Assembly: GCF_009914755.1 (NCBI RefSeq)
Contig: NC_060926.1
Source of the DNA: the human T2T-CHM13v2.0 reference genome, Homo sapiens
Length of the DNA: 64,000 nt
Reading direction: 5' to 3' (one strand)
The position numbers and the translations under genes are program-made. The notes beneath the pieces were generated by a model that was not told the origin of the DNA, ran no database searches, and saw only the letters and a program-made list of their open reading frames with translations. Shown here in pieces: positions 1 to 13,637 of this stretch. Positions within the stretch are counted from its first letter, which is position 1. Each line of letters opens with the position of its first letter.

Positions 1-2216
1 AGTTTATAGTTTTATGAGTCCATCTTGTAGTATGATATACATTATGGGGCTTGTGATAGAAGTTCTTGAAAATAGAGATTTTGTATGAAGTTCTGCAATA
101 TATCAATATATCTTTAAATATTTTACATCTCTTTATATGTTCTGTATATGTATATCTACTACATCTCTATATATTCTGTACATATATGTATGGCTGCATA
201 TATGTGTCTCCCCATAGGGGCTTTTTAAATTAAGCAATTGTGAATTCAGGATTTTAAGACTATAAAGCAGGAGAGAGTAGCTAGAGTCAGAATTGTGACG
301 TTCATTTTAGCCTTGTTAGAAGCTCTTCTATACCGCTTTATATACCTCACAGCTTTTCTATAATTTCTTCCTCTCATCATCGTCATTTTAAATGAAGCTT
401 TGACATTGGATCAGGATCAGATTCTACATTGTGAGTATTTTAGAAGTTTCCAGTGACCACTTAGCCTATAATAAACGCTAGAAAATTTACCAACTTATTT
501 ATAAATTAGGCATTTTATATGAAGTTTCTCCTCTATTAACACTAATATATGCAATAACACTGCTAGAGATAAGTGTAGTTATCTGCAATATTCTCTGATA
601 TATGTGGGGGAGAAGTGGGTGCCTTACCAAGCAGATTTCTAACACCTTGGGCAGGGCACACCATCAGTAGGCTCTCCACATGGTGGTGGTTTTGTTGTTG
701 TTTCAATTATTTTACTTGTGATTATGTTGCACTTAATCTTTCTAGAATGAAAGAAACCTCATCCTCCATTATAGATAAGTTGCTCCCAGATAGTTTGAGG
801 ATGTGGAATAAGGTTTTTAATTGCATCACAAGAGCGGTTGTCAAAAAACTAATAAAAGACCATTGAAGGTCTTGACCTTCATCAGTGTGTCAGCTTTATG
901 CATGCTTTCATCAGAAGGTGGTTACTCCTTATCAGAGGAAGAAAGAAAAGTGGTAACTAATTAAAGAAAGATATTTAAGTCAGAATATGAAGCTTTGAGA
1001 GTGAGTACCATCACTTACTAATGGTTGTATGATTCTAGTTTACACTTGTTATTTCAGTTTTATTTTCCTTATATGGGTGACTAGGATTATTCTAATAATA
1101 CTTACCTCAAAAGGGTGCAGTAAGCCAAATGAACCAACATATGAAGAATTTTATAAAGCACTATGTAATTAGTAAGTAGTATAACTGCTATAAGCTAGCA
1201 GCATGGTGCCACTGGAAATTTCAATTGTACCTTAAAGCATTAGGAACACAAGTTGTTTCTCCTCCCTTCTCAGTTTATAGTTGTTTAAAATGCATAGTGC
1301 CCTGACATATCTTACCCTGAACACTATGAAATCACAATGATTTCAGATGAAAGGGCCATAATATATAAGGGAGGGTATGTGTGCAGGTCCATGCAAATAG
1401 CAGGTGTTATTAACAAGATCTTTGAAGCTCCACAATTGAACAGGTTTAAGAAAATTTACTCCAATATATTAGGCTGAAAATATATTTTTTGTCCACTGAC
1501 TCAGTCATCATTCTATACAGTCAAATAACCACAGTAGTTTCAAAGAATAACAGAATCTCTAATCAGAAGTTATTGGAATTTTGAAATTCTTACACTTTGG
1601 AGGCATGGAGTAATCAATGATGTTTAAAATCAAAAAGTTATATAATAAGAAAATGTTGAGAGAGGATCTTGTTCATGTCACCAATGTCTCTGAAGTCACT
1701 CTCACACTGTTATGTGGGCTTGTCATAAGTCACTAGTCAGCTGATTGACTATTTAAGGTCTTATTCTCCCTCCCCCACCTCAAGGACAGTAGTAACATCT
1801 GATATTCTTTATAGCCAAGGATTGCCAGGATCCATTTTATAAACTGCAATGAGGGCAGAAAGAAAAAAAGTATATAAAAATATTAATGTCGTTTGGATGC
1901 AACCTACAAAATATTTTATATATTTTTTTATTCTCAGAGAAACAAACCAACCAGAGTTAATTAAGCATAGCATGCACAGATGAGTAAGTCTGTACACATC
2001 AATGGGCATATGCAGTGGATGGTAAAAACATATGGAACATATCACATCCCAAACACCAAAGAGTTCTGAGGAATAACTAATGAGCTGCATAAATATGGGC
2101 AAAATAAGCCCATTTTTATATCTTCACATTATTAAACCTAGAACAAATCTTCCTCTCTGCTAGTTGGCTTATCTAATAACAAATTTCTGACACAAAAGAG
2201 AACGTTTGTTTCATAT

Positions 2217-2222
2217 TTTATT
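2217..2222 (-). terminator. Distal polyadenylation signal AATAAA
   Basis: Plus-strand tttatt. The minus strand continues AATAAAATATGAAACAAACGTT, then CTCTTTTGTGTCAGAAATTTGTT (GU/U-rich). Upstream UGUA motifs lie near 2360-2369. Confidence 0.85.
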
Positions 2223-5200
2223 GAATTTCATTTATATTAAATTAAAAATATATTTCTGACAGATTCATGTAACAAAAAGGCAGAACAGTTTTCAAATTGT
2301 TCAGCTGGGATGATCAGTATGGAATGAGGCAAAGCAGTTCGCATTCTATAATTGCCTTGTACAGGTACAATTCTTTCCCAAGAGCCAAAAGAGGATCCTT
2401 GAGAACTAACGGAAAAGCCTAATTACATAAATGTAAAATACTGTTTCTCCCTCATTCTCAAATAACAACAGGAATGAGGGAAAGGAAGGAGGATGGGTAA
2501 AAGGTTGGAGGAGAAGAAAGAATAAGAGAAAGTATACTAAAAATATGCCTAACATTAAAAAAGTTAGTATGTGTTAGGTGCATGATCCTTCATCAATAAC
2601 ATGGAAAAAAATCAAAATAACATTACACCACACACAATTGGCATATCCTATTGTGTAAGCGAGTGCAGAGGTTGAACACATCACAATAGTGCTGAACACA
2701 GAATCACAAGTAATGTCAAAATGATAACTTCCAACCAAAAAAGAAACAATCACAGGCCAATTACTTATATACAAATCAACCCTAAAGACAATTATGTTCC
2801 AAATAAAGATGTCCACAAAAGAAAATCAAAGCAACATTATACTTATTTACAAATGCAACTAGCCATGTCTTTAACAAGCTATAAAAATACTATTCACATT
2901 TTCAAACATACAGTAGTATTTTTTGTTTGTTTATTTCAAAAAGGCAGCTAACTTTGAATGCAGGGATTTAAATAAAACATTGATGGCTTACCAGCAAGGT
3001 ATTTTTGCACCCCAATCCTTTGAAGATACTTCACAAGAGAGAGGGCTTGTTTTCTGCTTACAAGTTAAGAAAATAAGGAAGTGAGTACAAATGTATACAC
3101 CTTAAGCCTCTGCCTTTTCAGTAAAGTGACTCCCTCTCTCACCCAAACTGATGTCAGTAAATTACTTTGATGCATGTATAAGATGAATGTTTGAGAGTAG
3201 ATTTAAGATGACTTTTTTTGTGCTATGAATTGTCTTCCACATTGATCTCATTTTCATTTGATCTTCTTGTAATGGTGCTCAAGAAAGAGATGAACTAGTC
3301 ATACACCATGGGAAAATGCGGTTTCAGCATGCAGCCACGCAATCCCTGGTGCTCTCAACATGAGAAGGAGACACACCAGCCAGGGAGACAGGCATTCAAA
3401 GTTAGCTGCCCTCACACAGCTGCTCCGTTTAATAATCGACCCATTTAACAGCAGTACCAGTTTATGCTACATATTTCAAAGTACCTTACTTTAAAAGAAC
3501 ACCTTACATATCTACATTTAGAAAATAACTTTCGTAGTTGATTACTGGAGTAATCCCAAAAGGGTTCTTGGAGTGCTATGGTTGTAGTCCCCTCACTCCC
3601 CCCTCCCAGCCCCTGAGAGATCCAGAAATATACAGGAAAATGACTCTCACATTAAGGGAAAAGGACAACCCCCAATTAACTAAAAAATCTGGAAATGACA
3701 TTTGAAAACCAGATTCGTGTCAATATACAGGAGGTATGATTTGCTTTCCTTCACAAAGGCTATAGGCCTGGGGGAAATATCTACGCATTGGGGATAAAAA
3801 TAGCAGTAAAGGCAAAGTGGTTTGGACAAGTTAGACTATTGCCTACAGGTATGAATCTTTGTTTTCCTATATTTGTATATTTGCACAAATATAACCACTT
3901 CTCATGATATAGGGAAAGCTCACTAGAGCATGAAAAGAAAAACGTCCATAAAGAGCAAAAGTAGGTAAAGGATGGCATTCTATTAAACAACATGGATTTT
4001 CATTAACATGAACTGTCCTCATTATGTATTTGTTAGATGGATGAATGATCCAAAAAAGAATTGCAGGTGGTTATCAAAGCTGAATAGCCTTTACCTTTAT
4101 GATAATAAGACTCCTCATTTGGGAGAAAAAAATTTACAGCAGCTACAAAATATTTACGATTAGGAACCAAATAAGATGAATAAAGCAAATAAGTTAATTT
4201 ACTGGCAAAAATAACTTCTTGGTTATATGTACAGCTTTTATGTAAAGATTAAATCGAAGTTCTACCAAGTGTATGTGGACATATGTGAGTTTCAAGATTC
4301 ATCACAGGGCTAACTCGTCTCAAATTCCTATAGGGAAGGACACAGAGAATTGATCTTCATGGGAAACCATAATTTTAATAGCTTAAATATTCTCTATGCG
4401 GTAGTTTGATAGTTCACTTAAACAGTGTCCAAATTGCTAGAATCTCTTATGAAAAAATCAGGCATTCGAGGGCAAAGATGAAGTCAGTGTTTCACAAAGT
4501 GGGGTGTAGGATCTCAGAGATCCACTATGGCTTAAGAAAGGAACAGGACAGCATCGGGGGACTACTTTGAACCAGGGTGGTAGAAAGGGAAGAGAGCAGT
4601 GCCAGTTGTGTCAATGGGCAAAAAAGGGAAGGATTCTATTTTCCTCTAAAGGTCAGAGAGAAATACATTTTTCTTTGATTCCTAACAAGGTAATCACTTA
4701 CTTGCAAAGCTGACTGTCAAAGAGTATTTTCCAGAGGAAGCATGTGAATACCCCCCGTGAAATTGGGGCTTAGAGTCATTTTAGCTTGTGACTATAGAAG
4801 CATTTACTTCTGCCCAAAATGTCACCTGGCCAGGAATTAGGTGAGGCAGGGGCCTGCAAAAGTGACAGATCCTACATTTTTGGACCTCTACAAAATCAGT
4901 GAGACTTGAACCGAGTATCTGAAATTTCTATTATTTTAGAGAGACTTTTAATGAAAAGAAAAAAGCAGCTCACACTGCTAAAAGATATTTGCCCACACAA
5001 ACACAAGGGCCCCTGGCCCGACACAATGCCCACAACAGCTTCTTGTTTCCAACTGCAGAGAGAACTCAGATCTCTGGGATCAGAAAAATTTTATTAATTC
5101 TACCCAGAAGTATAAAAACTGGCCCCATTGTAATATCAGTAATAATGAGGTCTCCACTGATAATGATCTTTTAAAATTATGCCTGATCTCATCTGTATAA

Positions 5201-5324
5201 TATTTGTTCTTAAGCAAATAGCAACCAGGCGATACCAATCTGCATTTATATGTTTACATGGGGCAAGGCTGTCCTTCAAACTGATACACACCGAAGTCCA
5301 TGTACACAAACAGAGGCACAGTAA

Positions 5325-5487
5325 GATCCTCTGCCCACAGTATATACAGTAGAAGTTAATTTATCTGTTTCTTTTTTTTTTTTTAACAACTAGAAGCTGA
5401 TGTTGTAGGATCAGCTCTAGGATCCTCTGCCCACAGTATACAGTAGAAGTTAATTTATCTGGTTTTTTTAACAACTAGAAGCTGATG
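5325..5487. repeat. Near-tandem duplication (~70-78 bp x2) in the 3'UTR
   Basis: gatcctctgcccacagtata(ta)cagtagaagttaatttatctg...aacaactagaagctgatg at 5325-5402 and 5421-5487, separated by an 18-nt spacer. Confidence 0.95.
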
Positions 5488-8151
5488 CACATGGATTTCT
5501 CATTTGCCCTATAACAATCATCATTCTAATAACTAAAGTCCAAAAGAATGGCAATGCAATAGTTTGAAACGCTTGGTTTAGCATTTATTTATCAGAAAAA
5601 TTGTGATTCTTTGTTGTCATTTTTGGAGGCAAGAGGGCATAGTGAGAAAAGAAAGGACATATCACCAATTAACTGTATTTTGTTTGTTTGCTAGCTAAAT
5701 GACACCACTCCTTTTTTTTTTTGTCTCTGCATAAGGTAATAGAACATTTACATTTTCTTTACTTCATCTTGAAGACCCTTACTTAGTCATATGTAACATG
5801 TTTGCCTATTAAATTCTGCAAGGTGGTGTTTATTTAAAAAAATAAATAAATACAATTTTCTTTACATTTAAAAAGTGATAAAGGAATAAGAGAATGAGAA
5901 AAAATTGTTCATTGTAATGCTTTAAAGCAAGTTTTCCCAAGTGGAACCATATATGCCTACTTTCAGCTAAACCCAACAAACAACAATTTTAAATGGCAAA
6001 CTTATCTTTTTACTATGCAAAATCCATCCTACATTTTTATATCCTGCATTTAACTTTGTTACATTATACTTGTGGTTAGTTTTCTAGTTTGATTTATTTA
6101 ATAATATTAAAATCATTTAACATCTGATAACCTAACTAAATCTACATCTTATAGCATTATCGTGGTTCTGTCCAGTTATATACATGCTTTCATGATCACC
6201 TTTTCTATTACCTTATGAACTACATATACTAGTTAAATTATCAACAATTACAGATGGATGAATAATTCCAGTTTTGAAATAAAGGTTAGAGAGCTCTAGA
6301 AAAACTTGTATTTACATCCTTCCCTGTCAGGCTTAAACAATTTTAATTTTCTTTTCATTTTTGATACTTCAAGAAGCACATTAATAGTCCTTCCAACTTC
6401 ATCTAGTAGCAGAGCCTCACACAGTCCTTTTCTTGATTTTTCCTTAGCATTGTAAGTATGCACAATCTTCATGCCATGTCTTTCCTTTAGAAGGTATTAG
6501 CTCACACACTATAACACTTAAACACTATTCCTTCTCTTAAATTAGATATTCAGTCCTTCTCCCTAATCTACAAAAAAGAATCACTTGATTTTAGTTTGTG
6601 TGTTTTAATAGAAATTTGAGTTTTGCGTTGTTTTTCATGCTATTTTAAGAATGTTACTGGAGAAAGGATTCTCATCCTAAGCTGTGCTACTAATACTATG
6701 CAGAAAACCAGGAGCTGCTTGGTAGTCTAACACCTTTTGTGGTGCAGATGCTTTGTGGTTCTGGATCTATCCTAGATCAGAGGCCATCTTTCCTCACCTG
6801 TTTACCACTTTCTTTAGGCAATCATTTAACTGCAAAATTTTTCCATACCTGCCCAAAATAGGTATAATCTACAAAGTTGGGTGATTTAAAAAATATACTC
6901 CGTGTAATTTTAATACTAATTTGTCTCAGATTTACATAATTGATTCTGCAAATTTCAATTGCTACAATTGGCCTCTGGAATCTGATATCCCCCCAAGCAC
7001 TTTGAAGACTTTAACTGACATTTTAAAATTCTACCCTACTGGACTAAATAAGTTATTCTCTGGAAGGAATGAAACTTTTTTTCTCCCTCTTATACATGCT
7101 GAAATATGTTTTCCCAGGGGGGACAAAAATAAAACAAAAAACACTCAAACAACTGAAGTCAATTATATACTACAGAAATCATTCAAAAGAATTATAAAGT
7201 GGTGCTATTATAAAGCATTTGGGTCATTTTGGATTATTCCTACATGCATCTCTAGGTATTACCCAACATGTAGAAGTCTTGTGTTCTTAGGAGGAAAGAG
7301 ACATTCACTAAATACATTTCTGTTACCTTAACAGTTAAAAGTTTGTTTTAACTATTCATTTTTTCCTTCTCCAAAATGAGTGATTCTGCTTTCTATAGCC
7401 CAGTAGAAACCATATGCATATTGTAAATCAGAAAAAAAAAATCAAGGTATAGTATCCAAAAAGAGGGCTGTGATGACTCGATGCAGATTTATTTAGAAAG
7501 GGAGGCTTATATTCAATTTTTCATAAGTACTGATATGAGATCCCTTTTCCTAGAGACTTCTCTGAATGGATAGGAGAGCCCTGAGCTATTAGATTGTGGC
7601 CCCTGAATCACTCTGTGTCTTTACCCCTGAAAAGTTTGAGGGTGAACTTCACTAGAAGGAATCTCACAAACCCTTCTCCTGCTCTACCATACTTTTTCAG
7701 CTCGCCTCACTTCTTATAGCTTAGAAAAAAACCAACTCCAATGTCTCCAATATTCTTGGCCAAGGACCACCATCTGCTTTTGGTTTAATGGTGAAGTTAG
7801 ACTCTAGATAGGCTAATTAGTCAGTGATGCAATATTCTCCTAGACCAGTTTATGTTTGAATAATATTATTGAAATTATCCTGTTTGTCAACATCAACAAT
7901 TTGAAGGATGTTTAACTTATATCCCAAATGAGTTTAAAGGAGATATCTTACAGTACAACTGATTATATGACAGCTATTCACAAAAGAGACTATGCAATCT
8001 GATTGTTGGAACGCATAGAAAAATTAAAATGTCATTTTAATTAAATCTCCTAGATCATAGAATTTTGAAGTTGAGGATGATATTCCATTTATCTGAGTGT
8101 TCCCCACAAAACATGGTGCTTTTAGTAGACACAGTTAGATAAAGGAGGTTT

Positions 8152-8171
8152 GGATGGATGGATGGATGGAT
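8152..8171. repeat. (GGAT)5 microsatellite
   Basis: Read directly from the sequence. Confidence 0.9.
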
Positions 8172-8589
8172 TTACTTGTTCAGAATAGGAAGAAACACAA
8201 ATTTCTTTGGATTTTTTTCTCTAAACTTTCTCTGCCTTAATAGATATTTTTACTCTAATTAATTAATCTTATACTATTGATTCTAATTTGGTCCCAATAT
8301 TTTAACATTAGAAATATTTTTTAAAAATCTAAATGACTTGGGGTAGAATTTTCAGAAAAGGGCGACTTATATCTAAGTTTCCTAATTATTGATGTGAGGC
8401 CCCCTTTACTTGGAGACTCATCTCTGTCATTTGTTCTCATCCTTCATCTCATCAGGTATTCTTTCAAAATGATACATAATAATGATGGTTCTAGTACTGG
8501 ATGCAGTATATGAAGAAAGGGAATTATATAAAGTATCAAAAGATTAGTGTGTTGGATAATAAAATAATTGCATGAGAAGATGTTTCACA

Positions 8590-8595
8590 TTTATT
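8590..8595 (-). terminator. Candidate proximal polyadenylation signal AATAAA (3'UTR of ~1.5 kb)
   Basis: mRNA reads UUGUAAAUAAAUGUGAAAC, with UGUA immediately upstream and a second AATAAA at 8651-8656. Confidence 0.6.
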
Positions 8596-10098
8596 TACAA
8601 CTTTTGACCCAAGGACCTATCCCTAAGCTTTGAATGTTTGTGTTTTTCTTTTTATTATACCAATTTATGTGCAAAGAGTTACCTTCTACTTCATATAAAT
8701 AGTCTCATACTAGAAATTCCATGGAATTCAAGCCAATCCTTACTCGCATTCCTTCTTACGAAGTATACGAACTGAACAAATTTCCTTGCGTAGCAAAGGT
8801 GACATATGAAGATAATGTGCTGGCCTCTCATCATAGTCCCTGGATACCGTTGCAAGGTTCCTAATTTGCTTGGTTTGGCATTTCCACAGTCTTTATCTTA
8901 GCTCTTTTTTTAAAAATGTACTTAAATTAGTTAATTTGCTGGTTGCTTCCATATTGCTTGATTCAAAATCCAAAATGGAGTTCAGAAAAAGAACAAATAA
9001 AATTACAGCTTAAGTGCAAACTACATTTCTGAGTATCTGCCAGGTAGACATACCCAATCCAGTGTGTTTCTTCCAGTTCAATGGATTCCCTCATTGGGCC
9101 ACCCCTGAAAGTATCAGTAGTTTTCCTGAACCACAGAGAACTGTCTCTTAGTTTCCCTTCTACTCTTCAGACAACCAACGGCCTATCAAGTAGTGTCATT
9201 TATGGAGAAAAAAAAATGTTGAAAAATGTAAAGGATGAGGGTGAAGATAATTTGATAGCATGAAAAATATTAGCCTCCCTTTCTTATTTTAAAGATTGTA
9301 TACTTAAAGTAGTGGCCATTTCACTATATTAAAATATTTCTTGCTTAAATTCTGTGAAGAAGCTTTGATGTAAACATCTTTGCAATTAGAAATTAAAGCC
9401 AAAAATAGGGGAGCAAATATAAAGGAATCGGTCAGAGCAAAACAAAATGAAAAAAACCAAAAAGTGTTGAAAACATAATTACTAGTTATAACTTTAATGG
9501 AGATTTTTAAATTATGAAAGTTGAGTTGGCCATTCTTACTTGCTAGGACAGAAACTGCTGGGGAAAGAAACTGGATTCTCAATTTCAGACACTATCATAT
9601 GTTATAGAAAATGTTATTCTTTTGTTCTAATGGAAACTTTATTATGATTTCCAGGGATGCTAAATATGCACACATCAGTTCCTGCAGATAGGAACAGATA
9701 GCATGGGTGTTTCAACCATCTGCTTTAAAAAAAAAAAAAAAAAAGAAGAGGAAGAAAGAAACAAAGAAAGAAAAAGAAAAAGAAAAAAAGTGACAGCTAG
9801 TTTGATAGTAGGCAGCATTGCCTTACATTTTCTGGTCCTTCTCTAGCTGTTTCATTCTCCTGACCAACCCATGCAGAGAAATGAAGAAACATTGTGGTTC
9901 CTCCTATCTTTCTCTTTCAGTCTTTCCCTCTAATGTTCAAGTTAGGTAAGCACATAACTATCATTGCATCTCTGTATCTTCCACTGGGAAGTGTCAAAAC
10001 TACTGGCCTTGGGGTAGAAGGAAGACCACCAGAGAAAGAGAGGGGGGTGGGGAAATTGGAGCAGGTGTGTCTCTCCACCTAAAAAACCACAACTGAGC

Positions 10099-10563
<465 letters not shown>

Positions 10564-11689
10564 TCAGCTAACCTCTAGTTTCTGGAAAATATTAATCAGA
10601 CCAAGGTTATACATAATGGTTAGCTTCTTTGTCTAGAACAAAAAAACCCACAGATTTGTTTTCATGATTTCTCACAACAAGTATTTGTGGATCACCATTG
10701 TCTTATGAAAAAAAGAGTAAGTGGGTCAAAAATGTTTATAATAAAACAAGAAGCCAACGAGGCCAGAATCAGAATTTCTATCTCCTAAATTTTTCTTTCT
10801 TTCTAATTGCATTTGTCTCTTCTGCATATGGGGCTGGTTGTTTCAATGTTTTTGTTTTCTAAAAGTTATTTATATTAGGAAATAAGACTACCTATTAGGA
10901 TTAAATAGTCTTTAAATATACAGACAACTTAACTTCTATAAAGGATATTGAAAAAACAAGAATCTATAGCTGAGTTCCATGCCAAGATGAATAGATGGAG
11001 TGAAGAAATCATGTTTTTTAGTCTCTATGGTTTGCTATGATTGCCTATACTGGTAACAAGGATTTAATTGGAGATGCTTCTGAAAAAGGTTTTACACATG
11101 GAAAAGAAAGCATCAAAGGAAAAAAATTCAACTAAAAAAGCAAATCTAACAGATAGCTAACATGCCTCTAGTTGACCTGCTTGACATTACATATACTTCT
11201 ACTTAATAGTAAAGTATAATTATAATATTTCCATTGACCAATCATAATCACAAAGTAGCAAACTATCAGCTTGAATTATATAAAATAAAATAAATTTTGT
11301 ATATTGAAACCAGTCAATTAGTGCCTATTTTGTACGGATCAATCTAATAAATCCATCTAGTATAGGTATTGGCCTAAAAGGTGCTAATAATTATCACCAT
11401 TCTCCTGAAGCTTAATTCCACATCTATGTCTATAATATAGACTGCACATAGACATAAACACGCATGTATTGTAAGTCCTCTGACAGTCCTCTCTTTTACT
11501 ATATACACAAAGCCCTAAGCTATTCCTATTTTGAATTCAAGGCATGAAGAGGGCACAATTCTTTGTTGAGAGGCCATTCTGAAACAAACTTTCTGTCTTT
11601 TATCCTTAGCCCAATAAGTAGAGAGAAAAATCCTATTAAGTGAGGATTATTTTTCTCCAAATATATATATACAGAATAGGTAAGTATTT

Positions 11690-11930
11690 AGCATCATTTA
11701 TTCAACTTAAAGGGCAGTAATGAATATCCCACTATCATATATAGGCCTTTACAAGACACTATCATTTCATCCTCCCAATTCTGTGAAAAAGAAGTACAAG
11801 ACTTATTTTTCCAGCTTTGTAGACAGAAAAATGAGATTAAATGATGTGTGCAGGATACAATTAGTGTTGGGATAGAATTCAGGTCTTCTAACTCCTCTTG
11901 CATAATCTTCTTATTCTACTGCACTGTTTT
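11690..11930. mobile_element. MIR SINE fragment
   Basis: Degenerate MIR core: ttgtagacagaaaaatgagattaaatgatgtgtgcaggatacaattagtg...gaattcaggtcttctaactc. Confidence 0.6.
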
Positions 11931-13048
11931 TTATTATTGCCCCTGCAGGAGTTGGGTGAACTTTATGCTTAGTAACAAGTTTTAATTTGACAAGTGTATG
12001 AAAACATTTATAAGGAATGCAGAATTTGGTCTCTCTTACCAGATTCCTTAAACTTCTTAATTGAAAGAATAGGAATGTCTACACTAAAATTCTGTACTCT
12101 CTGAGTACGAGGTTAGACTATAGCAACCTTTTATAGAAACGGAGCTTAGTGTTCAGAGATAAAATCTGAGAATACAGTGTGACTCTATAGGGTGACTTGC
12201 TTTTCTCTTCACCTTACCTTTCCTCAATGCAATCTACTTATATATTGTCCTCATGCAAACTTATATAGCTGTCCAATAACTTTACGGTTGGAGTGAAAAT
12301 CTCCCCAGAAAAGATTCTTCTTTGGGGTGAATCTGCCAAGTCTTCACAACGTCTACATTTGTGTCATTACTAGGCTACTATGAGCATCCAAACTCTTCAT
12401 TACATTTTTATATGTATAGAAGTTTTAGATATGTAAAAATTTTATCTAGACAGATATATTTTAAAAGGTTATTTACAATTAGAGATCTCTAAATTTTACT
12501 TTAAAGGAGAGAACATAACCATATACCAGGCCCTTCTCAGAGTCTTAAAATGTAGTTTACTGTTGACACTAAAGACTGCGAGAGACATGATCATCATTTT
12601 TTAATAACAATCATCTATCTTCTCTGTTGTGATACTGTTAGCATAGAAGAAGAAAGGCTGTTTTGTTGCAAAATTGAAGCATTATTTGATTTGGGTGCTT
12701 AACATTTCTACTACTAACTTTACAAAATTATTGTTATGCTTTGTAAAACCACAGATTATTATTTTCAAATCTTGGTGGTATGCTTGTAAGTATATACAGG
12801 GTCAAACCTTTAATTTTTGAAAAACGTCATATAAGAACATAATATTTTCCTATAATAAACTAGGTTGTTTAAATGTCATCATTTAAATGAGTCAAACAAA
12901 TCTTTTATTAGTGCCATCAAAAGCATCAGGCACTTTTGCCAACAATACCAGTCTTTCTGATCTCCGCAATTAAGTCCAATAAAGCTATGGTCCTGACACT
13001 TTGTAGTATGCTACTTCATTCAAATATTTCAACAAAATATGTTTAGAA

Positions 13049-13212
13049 TAGTGCTTCTCAAGACTGATTGCTGTATGCAGATAGCCTGGGGATCTTGTTA
13101 AAATCCAGATTCCTATTCAGACGGGGCCTGCCTGAGATTCTGATTTATATAAATAATAATAAATAATGTGGATGCTGCTGATTCAGGGACCATACTACAA
13201 GTAGCAGTAGCC
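13049..13212. mobile_element. MER5-type hAT-Charlie DNA transposon fossil
   Basis: agtgcttctcaa...cctggggatcttgttaaaatccagattcct...gatgctgctgattcagggaccatactac, resembling MER5A/B. Confidence 0.7.
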
Positions 13213-13328
13213 TAGGCCTTTACTGGATCACAAATGTTGTGCTGGTCAGCTATCTGGCAATTTCTATTCTGTACTTTGTTTATCTTGATGGAAGTGAACT
13301 TCGAATGGCGATCGTTTCTGAATAATCA

Positions 13329-13637
<309 letters not shown>

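Larger units (their letters stand above)
2201..10098 (-). other. ERBB4: ERBB4 long 3'UTR (~7.9 kb)
   Basis: Continuous from the stop codon to a canonical poly(A) signal with a downstream GU/U-rich element, and no Alu or L1 recognised within it. The cleavage site is approximate. Confidence 0.85.

Noticed and set aside
1-2200. Independent gene downstream of ERBB4
   Set aside because: AT-rich flank with MIR/L2-like remnants, no CpG island and only short chance ORFs.
5372-5722. A-runs in the mRNA and nearby AATAAA (5584, 5829) as extra poly(A) sites
   Set aside because: Genomic A-runs cause oligo-dT internal priming, and the hexamers alone are not sufficient evidence.
6921-7331. 136-aa plus-strand ORF antisense to the 3'UTR
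   Set aside because: Non-ATG start, no recognisable domain and no splice or promoter support.
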